From: an uncultured candidate division Zixibacteria bacterium
GTDB taxonomy: Bacteria > Zixibacteria > MSB-5A5 > GN15 > FEB-12
Direction: 5' to 3'
Length of the DNA: 64,000 nt
Assembly: GCA_963735035.1 (NCBI GenBank)
Contig: CAVTJJ010000003.1
Coordinates: 925,191-989,190 of the forward strand
Shown here: positions 20,039 to 30,209 of the stretch, in pieces
Position numbering within the stretch: the stretch's first letter is position 1
Layout: every line of letters starts with the position of its first letter
Translations under genes and position numbers: made by a program
The notes under the pieces: generated by a model
Told to the model about the DNA's origin: nothing
Database searches by the model: none
The model's input: the letters and a program-made list of their open reading frames with translations, nothing else

Positions 20039-20773
20039 CTATTGCACGGTAATCTCGACTGTGTTACTGACCGGTGACTCCCCGGCAGCGTTCAATGCGA
20101 CCACCCGGTACCGATACTTTCCACCTAGAACCACACTGCGATCCGTGGCTACGACGGCATCTATTGCAGCTTCATGCGTCAGAGCGGTCCATCCCCCAAA
20201 TCTGGACGATAACGAGTTCCAAACGGCGCGATCGATACGAAAACCGGACTCACACTCCGAGTTGTCGTTCCATTTGAGGATAACACCGTAGCCGATAGCT
20301 GGGAATCTGTCCGGCCTCAGAATCGCAGCAGTCAAACCGTCGGGCGCAACCGGGACGGCCCAATTGCATATACTTGCTTCGTTCGAGAACTCAGAGGCGC
20401 CCACATCATTGATCGCGCGTACCCGGAAATCGTAGCCAAAGAATGAAGGCGCATTAACGGTGCATTCAGTAGAGTCGGGATCGACTGTGGTAATTCGTTC
20501 CCAGCTTAACGGATGCTCGGGGATAGCGAGACCACCAAGGCGCTGAATCTCGAAACCGGTCTCATTGTAGGAATTATCGCTCCAGGTGATGTGAGCGGTC
20601 GTCTCAGAAACACGGGTGGCGACCAGGGTCGATGGCGCAGCCGGCACTATGACAGGCGGGTTGGGTTCGGGGCGGGGATCCGGTTCAGGCGCGACTGAAT
20701 TGTCGGAGCAGGACATCATCGCAACTCCTAGCGTCAGCACAACACAAGCAGTGATAAACATTCTCTGGAACAT
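20039..20773 (-). CDS. Lipoprotein with two fibronectin type III domains
   Basis: Lipobox-like VAMMSC and Pro-rich linker; two repeats of AP..L.A...W.DNS..E.GF.I.R...YRV.A.N..G.S..SN. Confidence 0.88.
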   Translation of the reverse strand: MFQRMFITACVVLTLGVAMMSCSDNSVAPEPDPRPEPNPPVIVPAAPSTLVATRVSETTAHITWSDNSYNETGFEIQRLGGLAIPEHPLSWERITTVDPDSTECTVNAPSFFGYDFRVRAINDVGASEFSNEASICNWAVPVAPDGLTAAILRPDRFPAIGYGVILKWNDNSECESGFRIDRAVWNSLSSRFGGWTALTHEAAIDAVVATDRSVVLGGKYRYRVVALNAAGESPVSNTVEITVQ

Positions 20774-20820
20774 AATAGCCTCCTTTGTTTGGTTGATTCC
20801 AGTTTCATTTTCTGATCATC

Positions 20821-20847
20821 AGTGCCCCGAGCGCCTTGTTTGTTACA
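20821..20847 (-). promoter_or_regulatory. ECF-type promoter copy 6 (upstream of FN3 lipoprotein)
   Basis: TGTAAC-AAACAAGGCGCTCGGG-GCACT. Confidence 0.72.
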
Positions 20848-21021
20848 GTTCTCCCTGAAGTTGTGCGCGTATCCGATACAAGATCACTGCTGACCGAGAT
20901 CAGGACCAAGAGACAGCAGCAGAAATACATCGGAACGCTGGTTACTGACAGGGAAAGCATCTAATCCCCTGCGCGCGCTTGATTGGATTGATTCGTGACA
21001 GACCAGAAATACTAAAGCACC

Positions 21022-21074
21022 AGCGGCAGGTCACTTCATGGTTTGAACTAAGTTCACCATGAAGGCCTGCCGCT
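21022..21074 (-). terminator. Long hairpin downstream of the 21091-21705 gene
   Basis: AGCGGCAGG..CTTCATGGT.TGAACT / AGTTCA.CCATGAAG.CCTGCCGCT. Confidence 0.5.
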
Positions 21075-21090
21075 TGGCGTGACGAGATAT

Positions 21091-21705
21091 TTAGTATTTT
21101 GTGAAGGACCCCATCAACGAGCTGATTTGTCGATCCGAAGACGACAACTCGGCCATCGAGTAAAATCCGTTCGAACAGAAGAAGGCGATCGCGCGTTTAC
21201 CGTTACCGGGACCAATGAAAGTACCATAGTAACCATAGACTTGCTCGGATTCTGTCGTATAAGCACCGATACCTCCGCCGTTCCAAAGCAGGGCGGCGTC
21301 AGGTTCTTTGTAATAAGTAAAATTGCCGTTGGCATCGAAGGTGAGTTGTCTTAGACCTGATTCCACGCTGTTGCCAATCTTGCCGTCGCCGGTATAACTC
21401 TTGTCGCCCCCGGTCACGTATTGTCCACTCAAACCACCAATAGTAACCACATAGCTCACCCCGGTGCCGTCGTGTGAAACGGTGAAGCTGTTGGGTCCAC
21501 TCTGCGTGACAGTTACTTGAGCTCCGGTGAAGTCCCAAATGAGTTTCGCGCCGCCACTTTGTGCTCCGGACGCTCCACCGCTCCCGGTACCGCCGCTTCC
21601 GTAGGGACTTTGAGCTTGTGAGTGCCCTGCAACAAACAGAGATGATCCTAGAAAAACTGCGAACACCGCGAGAAGTGCCCCTGAGTTAACAATTGACGTA
21701 TTCAT
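21091..21705 (-). CDS. Hypothetical exported protein with Gly/Ser linker and beta-rich domain
   Basis: AAGGAG RBS, signal peptide ending SQA-Q, GSGGTGSGGASG linker. Confidence 0.75.
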   Translation of the reverse strand: MNTSIVNSGALLAVFAVFLGSSLFVAGHSQAQSPYGSGGTGSGGASGAQSGGAKLIWDFTGAQVTVTQSGPNSFTVSHDGTGVSYVVTIGGLSGQYVTGGDKSYTGDGKIGNSVESGLRQLTFDANGNFTYYKEPDAALLWNGGGIGAYTTESEQVYGYYGTFIGPGNGKRAIAFFCSNGFYSMAELSSSDRQISSLMGSFTKY

Positions 21706-21746
21706 TCTTGTTTCTCCTTTGACTCATGTTCTTTGCTCTGCCCAGG

Positions 21747-21773
21747 AGTGCCGAGTCGACCGGTTCTGTTACA
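21747..21773 (-). promoter_or_regulatory. ECF-type promoter copy 7
   Basis: TGTAAC-AGAACCGGTCGACTCG-GCACT. Confidence 0.72.
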
Positions 21774-22045
21774 ATCCGGCTGCAGGTTCCGGCTGACAGA
21801 GGAGATTGTAGTAGTGCCGGGGGACGGTGGACTTGTAACTCAAGCGGGAGAAGAAGTAAGAAATTCAACGCACCCCTCGTGCCACAGCATCTTGTTGCGA
21901 GACAATAGCGTGAAAGCGAGAAGGACGGAGTTGCTGGCTCGCGGGGTGGGCACAATAGCTTGAGAGTCTTTGCCACCAAGTCTTGACCGTTTGTTTCAGT
22001 CAATTGGGGACCTGCGAAGTAGTGCAAACAGCCCCTCTTGTATCC

Positions 22046-22070
22046 TTTATACATTCTTTATATCCGCGCC
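22046..22070 (+). promoter_or_regulatory. KdpE binding site candidate
   Basis: TTTATACATTCTTTATATCCGCGCC upstream of kdpF, resembling the T-rich E. coli KdpE box. Confidence 0.6.
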
Positions 22071-22194
22071 CTTCTTCCTTATTCACCCAGATTGTGAAAC
22101 TCGCCGTTCTTATTCGACAGGTGGCGGTGTCATCCCGGCTACCCCAACCCTGATGCTGCAGTTCGCCCCTCGATTTGAAATAGAAAGGAATGCC

Positions 22195-22281
22195 ATGTCG
22201 TTTGCGTTTGCGGGCATCATAGCTCTGGCGCTATTGGCCTATCTCGTATACGCCGTGTTCAATCCGGAGAGATTCAAGTGA
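22195..22281 (+). CDS. kdpF: K+-transporting ATPase subunit F
   Basis: MSFAFAGIIALALLAYLVYAVFNPERFK with the typical YL..A...PE.F motif, directly before kdpA. Confidence 0.9.
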   Translation: MSFAFAGIIALALLAYLVYAVFNPERFK

Positions 22282-22290
22282 GGTCGCCTA

Positions 22291-23982
22291 ATGTCCACTA
22301 ATGATCTTCTCCAGGTTCTGGTCTACATCATAGCGCTGGTCACCGTGGCTCCCCTGTTAGGCGCTTTCCTGGCACGGGTCTTTACAGACCGGCCACACCC
22401 GCTCAAGCTTGCCCTCGGGTGGTTAGAGAAGGGTATCTACAAGTTTGGTCGCATAGATAGTAACAGCGAGATGAATTGGAAAGATTACGCCAGGTCACTG
22501 CTATGGCTCAACGGTCTTGGATTTGTCTTTCTTTTTGTTCTGCAGATTTGTCAGCAGTGGCTTCCACTTAATCCACAGCACTTGCCAAATGTCGGATGGC
22601 CGCTGGCATTCAACACCGCTGTCAGTTTCGTTACCAACACGAATTGGCAATCCTATGCCGGAGAGACTACGCTCAGTTATCTGACCCAAATGATCGGTCT
22701 GACCGTGCAGAATTTTGTCAGTGCCGCCACGGGAATTGCTGTGTTTCTCGCCCTGACACGTGGAATTATTCGGAAGACAACTGACAAGATCGGAAACTTC
22801 TGGGTCGATGTAACGCGCTCGATTGTCTATGTCCTGCTGCCGCTTTCTTTGCTTCTTGGGATCGTGTTAGTCGGCGAGGGCGTGGTGCAGACTTTCTCGC
22901 CTGCTGCCACCGTGACCACCGTAGAAGGTCCGGCGCAGACTATTCCGCTTGGTCCGGCCGCATCCCAGATTGCCATAAAGCAGTTAGGTACCAATGGCGG
23001 CGGCTTCTTCAATGCCAACAGCGCTCATCCACTGGAGAATCCCACGCCAATATCAAATTTCCTTCAGATGCTGGCCATTTTGCTCATCCCGGCAGCTCTA
23101 ACTTTCACTTATGGCAGGCTAGTGGGCAATCGCAAGCACGGGTGGGTCATTTTCGCCACCATGTTTGTGCTTTGGTTTGCCGGATTGTCACTCTCACTCT
23201 ACGGTGAGTATTCTGCCAACCCGGCCCTGGGATTGCAGACTAATATGGAAGGAAAAGAAGTTCGGTTTGGCATCACGAACAGCATCATTTGGTCTTCTGC
23301 CACCACTGCCGCCTCGAACGGCTCCGTCAACGCTATGCACTCGAGTCTCACACCTTTGGCGGGCGGCGTAGCTCTTTTCAATATCATGTTGGGTGAGATC
23401 ATATTCGGCGGAGTCGGCGCCGGCATGTACGGCTTCTTGCTGTACGTTCTTATGACCGTCTTTCTTGCCGGATTGATGGTAGGTCGCACGCCGGAGTATC
23501 TGGGCAAGAAAGTCGAGGCACATGAGATTCAGATGACCATTGTGGGGATTCTGGCTCCTAACACCGTCATCCTCATTGGCGCTGGGCTTGCCTGCGTCCT
23601 GCCGATCGCGCTGGCAGGTCTGGCCAACCAGGGACCGCACGGTCTAAGCGAGATACTGTACGCCTTCTCCTCAGCGGCCGGCAACAATGGCAGTGCCTTT
23701 GCCGGACTGAACGCTAATACCAATTTCTATAACATCACCCTGGGCGTGGCGATGCTCATAGGCCGTTTTGCAATCATCCTGCCCTGCCTGGCAATCGCAG
23801 GTCACTTGGCCGGCAAGAAACGGTCACCTCTGTCGGCCGGCACGTTTGCGACCGATAACACAACCTTCGCCGTGCTCCTAATTGGCGTGATTCTAATCGT
23901 CGGCGCGCTTACTTTTCTTCCTGCGCTGGGATTGGGTCCGATAGTCGAACACTTGTTAATGCTGTCCGGACGAACCTTCTGA
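22291..23982 (+). CDS. kdpA: K+-transporting ATPase subunit A
   Basis: [39 protein letters not shown]. Confidence 0.98.
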   Translation: MSTNDLLQVLVYIIALVTVAPLLGAFLARVFTDRPHPLKLALGWLEKGIYKFGRIDSNSEMNWKDYARSLLWLNGLGFVFLFVLQICQQWLPLNPQHLPNVGWPLAFNTAVSFVTNTNWQSYAGETTLSYLTQMIGLTVQNFVSAATGIAVFLALTRGIIRKTTDKIGNFWVDVTRSIVYVLLPLSLLLGIVLVGEGVVQTFSPAATVTTVEGPAQTIPLGPAASQIAIKQLGTNGGGFFNANSAHPLENPTPISNFLQMLAILLIPAALTFTYGRLVGNRKHGWVIFATMFVLWFAGLSLSLYGEYSANPALGLQTNMEGKEVRFGITNSIIWSSATTAASNGSVNAMHSSLTPLAGGVALFNIMLGEIIFGGVGAGMYGFLLYVLMTVFLAGLMVGRTPEYLGKKVEAHEIQMTIVGILAPNTVILIGAGLACVLPIALAGLANQGPHGLSEILYAFSSAAGNNGSAFAGLNANTNFYNITLGVAMLIGRFAIILPCLAIAGHLAGKKRSPLSAGTFATDNTTFAVLLIGVILIVGALTFLPALGLGPIVEHLLMLSGRTF

Positions 23983-23990
23983 GGGAACCT

Positions 23991-26087
23991 ATGGCTGAAT
24001 CGGTTTCAGGACTCTTCAACAGAGCTTTGCTGGGGTTTGCGATCCGGGCGTCCCTCAAGAAGCTAAATCCGCGTGACCAGGTTCGAAATCCGGTCATGTT
24101 TGTGGCCTACGTTGGTGCCATCCTCACCTCCATATCGTTCGCTGCCGGCTGGATTCAGGGATCATGGTCCGGATTTGAATTCCAGATTAGTCTCTGGCTT
24201 TGGTTCACCGTCCTATTTGCCAATTTCGCGGAATCGATGGCTGAGGGACGTGGCAAAGCCCAGGCCGACAGCCTGAAACGAGCGCGCAGCGAGACGTTCG
24301 CTCGTCTTCTCAAGTCAGGTCGGGAAGAACGCACCGCGGCCACTCTGCTGCAAAGAGGAGACGAGGTCGTCTGCGAGGCAGGAGATATCATACCGTCAGA
24401 TGGCGAAGTGATCGAGGGAATCGCCAGCGTCGATGAATCGGCCATCACCGGCGAATCAGCCCCGGTCATACGTGAAAGCGGTGGCGACCGGAGCGCTGTA
24501 ACCGGCGGAACGCGAGTAATCAGCGATCGGATCGTCATTCTAATCACTTCCGAGCCCGGCAATACCTTTGTCGATCGTATGATCGAACTGATCGAAGGAG
24601 CAAAACGCCACAAGACCCCGAACGAAATCGCACTCGGCATTGTCCTGGCCGGACTGACTATTGTCTTCTTGCTGGCCGTCGCGACGCTGAAATTCTTTGC
24701 CGATTACAGCGGCACGTCCGCGGGACAGGATCTAAGCAAGATAGTAACCGTTACCGTGCTAGTGTCTCTGCTTGTTTGCCTCATTCCTACCACAATTGGC
24801 GCACTTCTGAGTGCTATTGGGATAGCCGGCATTGACCGGCTTGTCCAGCGAAACGTAATCGCCAAGAGCGGTCGCGCGGTTGAGGCCGCGGGTGATATCG
24901 ACGTACTCTTGCTCGATAAGACCGGGACGATCACTTTGGGCAATCGAATGGCTACCGATTTCGCACCAGCAGAAATGATACCGGTGCAGAACCTGGCGGA
25001 AACGGCTCAATTGGCGTCGTTGGCTGATGAGACTCCGGAAGGTCGTTCTATCGTCATTCTGGCTAAGGATCGCTACGGGTTTCGTGCGCAGACTCTCACG
25101 CCGAGCCAGGCGCGGTTCGTGCCCTTTACCGCACAGACTCGTATTAGTGGTGTCGACATACTCGAACCCGACGGTTCGATCGCAATGAGCATCCGCAAAG
25201 GAGCGGTTGATTCCATGCGCGAGCATCTGCTGCGGCATGGTGGCAGTTTTCCCGATGAATTAGAATCGATTCAAAGCGAGATCGCGCGTTCCGGCGGAAC
25301 ACCACTGGCCGTCAGCATCGACAATCAGGCGATTGGAATTGTGCAACTCAAGGATGTGGTCAAGGGCGGTATCAAGGAACGGTTCGCCCAACTGCGCAGG
25401 ATGGGCATTCGCACGGTTATGGTGACAGGGGATAATCCGCTCACCGCGGCGGCCATAGCGGCCGAGGCGGGGGTCGATGATTTTATCGCGCAGGCGACAC
25501 CAGAAGCCAAATTGGAGCGAATTCGAGAGGAACAGCGCGCCGGTCATCTGGTTGCCATGACGGGCGACGGCACCAATGACGCTCCAGCCCTTGCCCAGGC
25601 CGACGTCGGCGTTGCAATGAATACAGGTACTCAGGCGGCACGCGAAGCAGGCAACATGGTGGATCTCGACAGTAATCCGACGAAACTGATTCAGATTGTG
25701 GAAATCGGGAAACAGCTGCTAATGACCCGCGGCTCACTGACTACCTTTAGTATCGCCAACGATGTGGCCAAGTATTTTGCGATCCTTCCGGCAATGTTCG
25801 GAACGCTCTATGCGATGTCCGGCTCAAGTACCGGTCCGTTGGCCGCCATGAATATCATGCATCTTCACTCGCCGGAGAGCGCCATACTCAGCGCAGTAAT
25901 CTTCAACGCGCTGATAATTGTCGCCTTGATTCCCCTGTCACTGCGTGGCGTGACCTATCGACCGGAAAGCGCCGAGAGACTCTTGCGTCGCAATCTGCTG
26001 CTCTACGGCCTCGGAGGTATTGTTTCGCCGTTCATAGGTATTAAGCTAATTGACCTTCTGCTGGTGGCCGGCCGACTCGCAAACTAA
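23991..26087 (+). CDS. kdpB: K+-transporting ATPase subunit B
   Basis: [29 protein letters not shown]. Confidence 0.98.
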   Translation: MAESVSGLFNRALLGFAIRASLKKLNPRDQVRNPVMFVAYVGAILTSISFAAGWIQGSWSGFEFQISLWLWFTVLFANFAESMAEGRGKAQADSLKRARSETFARLLKSGREERTAATLLQRGDEVVCEAGDIIPSDGEVIEGIASVDESAITGESAPVIRESGGDRSAVTGGTRVISDRIVILITSEPGNTFVDRMIELIEGAKRHKTPNEIALGIVLAGLTIVFLLAVATLKFFADYSGTSAGQDLSKIVTVTVLVSLLVCLIPTTIGALLSAIGIAGIDRLVQRNVIAKSGRAVEAAGDIDVLLLDKTGTITLGNRMATDFAPAEMIPVQNLAETAQLASLADETPEGRSIVILAKDRYGFRAQTLTPSQARFVPFTAQTRISGVDILEPDGSIAMSIRKGAVDSMREHLLRHGGSFPDELESIQSEIARSGGTPLAVSIDNQAIGIVQLKDVVKGGIKERFAQLRRMGIRTVMVTGDNPLTAAAIAAEAGVDDFIAQATPEAKLERIREEQRAGHLVAMTGDGTNDAPALAQADVGVAMNTGTQAAREAGNMVDLDSNPTKLIQIVEIGKQLLMTRGSLTTFSIANDVAKYFAILPAMFGTLYAMSGSSTGPLAAMNIMHLHSPESAILSAVIFNALIIVALIPLSLRGVTYRPESAERLLRRNLLLYGLGGIVSPFIGIKLIDLLLVAGRLAN

Positions 26088-26097
26088 GGTAGACTCT

Positions 26098-26670
26098 GTG
26101 CGAACAATAATGACAGCCCTGAAGACACTAATCGTGTTGACGCTCTTGACCGGAGTTGTCTATCCGCTCCTGGTAACGGTGGTCGGTTATCTCTGCTTTC
26201 CGCATCAGGCCTCGGGCAGCCTGCTGGTAGTGAACGGGAGACCTGTTGGCTCAAACCTTGTCGGGCAGAAGTTCACCGATTCAAGTTACTTCTGGCCGCG
26301 TCCTTCCACCATCGACTATGATCCACTACCCTCCGGCGGAAGTAATTTGGGACCGACCAGCGACGCGCTTAAAGACAGCATTTCGTCGCGACGAAACAGA
26401 CTCGCGCAAACCGGAAATGGGGCAGTCCCGATTGATCTGCTCTGCGCCTCGGCCAGCGGCCTGGACCCGGATATATCACCCGAAGCGGCTCTTTTTCAGG
26501 CTGACCGCGTGGCGCGGGCAAGACGACTTGACCAGGCACAAAAAACCGCGCTTCTTTCACTTGTAGAGAGACATACCGAATACCCCAACATAGGGATATT
26601 CGGTCAGCCGAGAATAAATGTACTCAGGTTGAATCTCGCTTTGGACTCACTGATAAAGGCGTCGTCGTGA
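26098..26670 (+). CDS. kdpC: K+-transporting ATPase subunit C
   Basis: YPLLVT, GQKFT..YFWPRPS, SASGLDPDISP, INVLRLNLALD; start at GTG 26098 or ATG 26110. Confidence 0.95.
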   Translation: MRTIMTALKTLIVLTLLTGVVYPLLVTVVGYLCFPHQASGSLLVVNGRPVGSNLVGQKFTDSSYFWPRPSTIDYDPLPSGGSNLGPTSDALKDSISSRRNRLAQTGNGAVPIDLLCASASGLDPDISPEAALFQADRVARARRLDQAQKTALLSLVERHTEYPNIGIFGQPRINVLRLNLALDSLIKASS

Positions 26671-29363
26671 TGGTTGAATCATTTCGGCCCGATCCGGACG
26701 CTATCCTGGCGGCCATCCAGAAACGGGAAGCTCATGCCCACGCGGGGAAACTTCGCGTGTTTTTTGGCATGTCGGCCGGTGTCGGAAAGACTTTCGCCAT
26801 GCTCCGCGCCGCTCAGGACCGCTTGCGAGAGGGTATAGATGTAGTCGTAGGGACTGTCGACACTCACGGACGAACCGAGACCGAAGCGTTGCTCCAGGGT
26901 CTATCGATCATTCCCCGCAAGATTATCACTTACCGCGACGTGGCTCTCAGCGAAATGGACCTCGATGCCGTGATCGCCCGGCGACCGAAACTTGTTCTCG
27001 TCGACGAACTGGCTCATACCAACGTGCCCGGATCACGCCACACCAGACGATGGCAGGATGTACTGGAACTCTTGGATGGCGGAATCGATGTCTATACTAC
27101 TCTCAACGTCCAACATGTTGAAAGTCGCAAGGAATATGTGGAGCAGATTACCGGCATCACGGTGCGCGAGACAGTGCCTGATACAATCCTCCAGCGCGCC
27201 GCCCAGATTATTCTGGTGGATCTTACTCCTGCCGAGCTCTTGCAGCGACTGAAAGACGGCAAGGTATACCTCGGCGACAAGGCTGAAGCCGCCTCCAGGA
27301 ATTTCTTCCAAGAGGATAGGCTGACCGCACTTCGCGAAATCGCCCTTCGGTTCACGGCCGAAGCTGTGGACAACGAACTGCAAGATCTCACGGCGGCCCA
27401 CGAAGGTACGGGCTCATGGAAAGCATCGGAACGTCTGATGGTCGCAGTAAGTCACAGCCCGCACTCCGAAGATTTGATTCGAACCACGCGCCGTCTGGCT
27501 TTCAGTCTCGACGCGCCATGGTTGGCGATTCATGTCGATACCGGTAATAATCTGGGCGACAGTGACCGTCAGCAGCTGGCCCGGAATCTCAACCTGGTAC
27601 GTGAACTCGGTGGCGAAGTTGTCAGTCTGACCGATGTCGATATTGTGGAGGCCCTCATTCAAACCGCGCGACAACGCAGCGTGACACAGCTTGTTATCGG
27701 CCACCCGGTAAAGCGCCGATTGCGGGATATTCTCGGCGGTGGGTCGCTCCTCGACCGACTGGCGCTGCATGCCACAACATTTGATATCCACATCCTCAAG
27801 CCCGTGCGGGACACGAGTTCTTCTACCCACCGACGATCCTTCGTGCATTTCGAGGCCTCGCCTGTCCAATACTGGTTCATGCTTTGGGTCATTATTGCCG
27901 CCGCTGGACTTAGTGCCCTGCTTCTCACGGCAATTGGGTACCGAGCCGTAGGCTTTGTATTTCTTCTGGGTGTGTTGGTGGTGAGTCTGTTTGTATCCGT
28001 TGGGCCGACCATCTTTGCGGCGCTCCTGGCCGCTCTTACCTGGGATTACTTCTTCATACCGCCTCGGGGGACTTTTCATATTTCCGAGCCGGAAGATATG
28101 GCCATGTGTTTGGCGCTGCTGGTTGGCGCGGCTGTAACCGGTACTCTCACCAGCCGCATTCGTCGGCGCGAGCGATTGCTGCGCTCACGCGAACAGAGAA
28201 CCAATGCGCTGTATCAGATTGCCAGCGCCATATCTGCCGCCAGTGATCGAAAGGAATTTGCCTCGGCCGTCAGAGACAATCTTGCCCACCAGGTGCCGGG
28301 CGAATTCGGCATCGCGCTCAAGAACGTTGTCGGAACCCTGGAGCACATACCGTCGGGAGGCCGAGATGTCTGGATGACTGCCGAAAAGGAATGGACCGTG
28401 GCTACATGGGCGTTCCAACACGGCAAGGCCGCCGGCTGGTCAACCGATACCCTGGCGTCGGCGGTAGCCCGTTATGTGCCTCTGATTGGTCCCGGGGAAA
28501 TCACGGGTGTGCTGGCCTATAAACCGCGAGAGAATGCGTATCTCAGTCAGGATGAAGAGAATCTCCTCATGACGGCTTCCCGCCTGCTTGCGGTGGCCGC
28601 CGAGCGAGAACTGTTACAGGAACGTTCACGAAAGTTGCACCAGGTCGCCGAATCGGAACGGTTGTATCAGACAATTCTCAACACCGTGTCACACGAGTTG
28701 AGAACCCCTTTGACCGCGATCATCGGCAATGCGTCGGCGCTTGGCAATGATCAGATTGCGACCGATCCGGCCAGTCGACGGCAATTATCCACTGAGATCA
28801 TCGCCAATGCCGAACGACTCAACCGCGTAGTTTCTAATCTTCTCGATATGTCGCGCCTCAGTTCCGGCAAATTGGTTCTCAAGCAGGATTGGCATGACTT
28901 GAGCGATCTGATTTCAGTCACGCTCGACGCGCACAAGACCGCCTTGGCCGACCACCAGGTCCTGGTTCGGATCGCCGATCCGTTGCCGCTTGTCCGTATT
29001 GACTTTCAGCTGCTCCAACAGGCACTCGCCAACCTTCTGCTCAATGCCGGCATCTACACCCCACCCGGGGCCCAGATTGTTGTTAGCGCATGCGTCGTTG
29101 GGCGAGAAATCGAGCTGACTGTTTCCGACAACGGTCCCGGCCTGCCGCCAGAAGCTATTCCACATCTGTTCGATATGTTCTATCGAGTTCCGGGATCAAA
29201 GGCCGGTGGTGCTGGAATTGGGTTGGCGATCACCAAAGGAATTGTGGAAGTTCACGGCGGCACTGTGACAGTCAGAAACATCTCCACCGGCGGGGCATGC
29301 TTTGCCATCAAATTGCCCCTCGAAGTGCAGCCCCAAATACCGAGTGGCAGGAGTGAATTATGA
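26667..29363 (+). CDS. kdpD: Sensor histidine kinase KdpD
   Basis: GMSAGVGKT, DELAHTN, Usp-like domain, four TM helices, SHELRTPL. Confidence 0.97.
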   Translation: MMVESFRPDPDAILAAIQKREAHAHAGKLRVFFGMSAGVGKTFAMLRAAQDRLREGIDVVVGTVDTHGRTETEALLQGLSIIPRKIITYRDVALSEMDLDAVIARRPKLVLVDELAHTNVPGSRHTRRWQDVLELLDGGIDVYTTLNVQHVESRKEYVEQITGITVRETVPDTILQRAAQIILVDLTPAELLQRLKDGKVYLGDKAEAASRNFFQEDRLTALREIALRFTAEAVDNELQDLTAAHEGTGSWKASERLMVAVSHSPHSEDLIRTTRRLAFSLDAPWLAIHVDTGNNLGDSDRQQLARNLNLVRELGGEVVSLTDVDIVEALIQTARQRSVTQLVIGHPVKRRLRDILGGGSLLDRLALHATTFDIHILKPVRDTSSSTHRRSFVHFEASPVQYWFMLWVIIAAAGLSALLLTAIGYRAVGFVFLLGVLVVSLFVSVGPTIFAALLAALTWDYFFIPPRGTFHISEPEDMAMCLALLVGAAVTGTLTSRIRRRERLLRSREQRTNALYQIASAISAASDRKEFASAVRDNLAHQVPGEFGIALKNVVGTLEHIPSGGRDVWMTAEKEWTVATWAFQHGKAAGWSTDTLASAVARYVPLIGPGEITGVLAYKPRENAYLSQDEENLLMTASRLLAVAAERELLQERSRKLHQVAESERLYQTILNTVSHELRTPLTAIIGNASALGNDQIATDPASRRQLSTEIIANAERLNRVVSNLLDMSRLSSGKLVLKQDWHDLSDLISVTLDAHKTALADHQVLVRIADPLPLVRIDFQLLQQALANLLLNAGIYTPPGAQIVVSACVVGREIELTVSDNGPGLPPEAIPHLFDMFYRVPGSKAGGAGIGLAITKGIVEVHGGTVTVRNISTGGACFAIKLPLEVQPQIPSGRSEL

Positions 29364-30052
29364 CCGGTGCCCGCATCCTTGTCATAGATGATGAGTTGGC
29401 CATTCGCCGCTTCCTGAAAATCAGCCTGGAAGCCGAAGGCCATACATTCATTGAAGCCGACACCGGGGAGACCGGGCTTGTGGCCGCGGCCACTCAGCGC
29501 CCCGACTTGATCATACTTGACCTTGGCCTTCCCGATTTGGATGGTGCCTCAGTGTTGAAGCGCTTGCGGGAATGGTCTTCGGTGCCCGTCATCATTTTGA
29601 CTGTCAGAGATTCCGAAATTGAGAAAGTCGCGTTACTCGATGCCGGTGCGGATGACTATCTGACCAAGCCGTTTGGGGTGCCCGAACTCCTGGCTCGAGT
29701 TCGGGTAGCCTTGCGACATAAGCAGTCCGGGGAATCCGAACCGTCGATTCGCATTGGCGATCTGGAGATAGATTTCACAGTCCGAGCAGTCATTCTGCGT
29801 GGTGAAGCAGTTCGTTTGACGGCCACGGAGTATGAACTGCTGAGGGTACTGGCACAGCATGCCGGCAAAGTCGTCACTCAGCGGCAGCTGCTGAAGGATA
29901 TCTGGGGACCACAATCAGTGGATCAATCCCAATACCTGCGGGTCTATATCGCTCAGCTTCGCAAGAAATTGGAACGCGATGCAGGTCGGCCCGAACTCAT
30001 CGTCACCGAGCCGGGCGTGGGGTATCGGCTGCGATCGATAGATGAACGGTAG
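29360..30052 (+). CDS. kdpE: Response regulator KdpE
   Basis: DLGLPDLDG, YLRVYIAQLRKKLE, TEPGVGYR. Confidence 0.96.
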   Translation: MTGARILVIDDELAIRRFLKISLEAEGHTFIEADTGETGLVAAATQRPDLIILDLGLPDLDGASVLKRLREWSSVPVIILTVRDSEIEKVALLDAGADDYLTKPFGVPELLARVRVALRHKQSGESEPSIRIGDLEIDFTVRAVILRGEAVRLTATEYELLRVLAQHAGKVVTQRQLLKDIWGPQSVDQSQYLRVYIAQLRKKLERDAGRPELIVTEPGVGYRLRSIDER

Positions 30053-30209
30053 AACTGGCGCGCCCGACCAAAGCGCGGCAGAGTATATCGTAGTCATTAA
30101 TAGCCCAGGTTGGGTGACGATGCGTTGTGACCAACTCGTGACCGTTCTTCGGACGCGCTCCTAGGCTCCGAGCACAGGCCCCCTAGTAGAGCGCCTCGAG
30201 TCTCACTCA

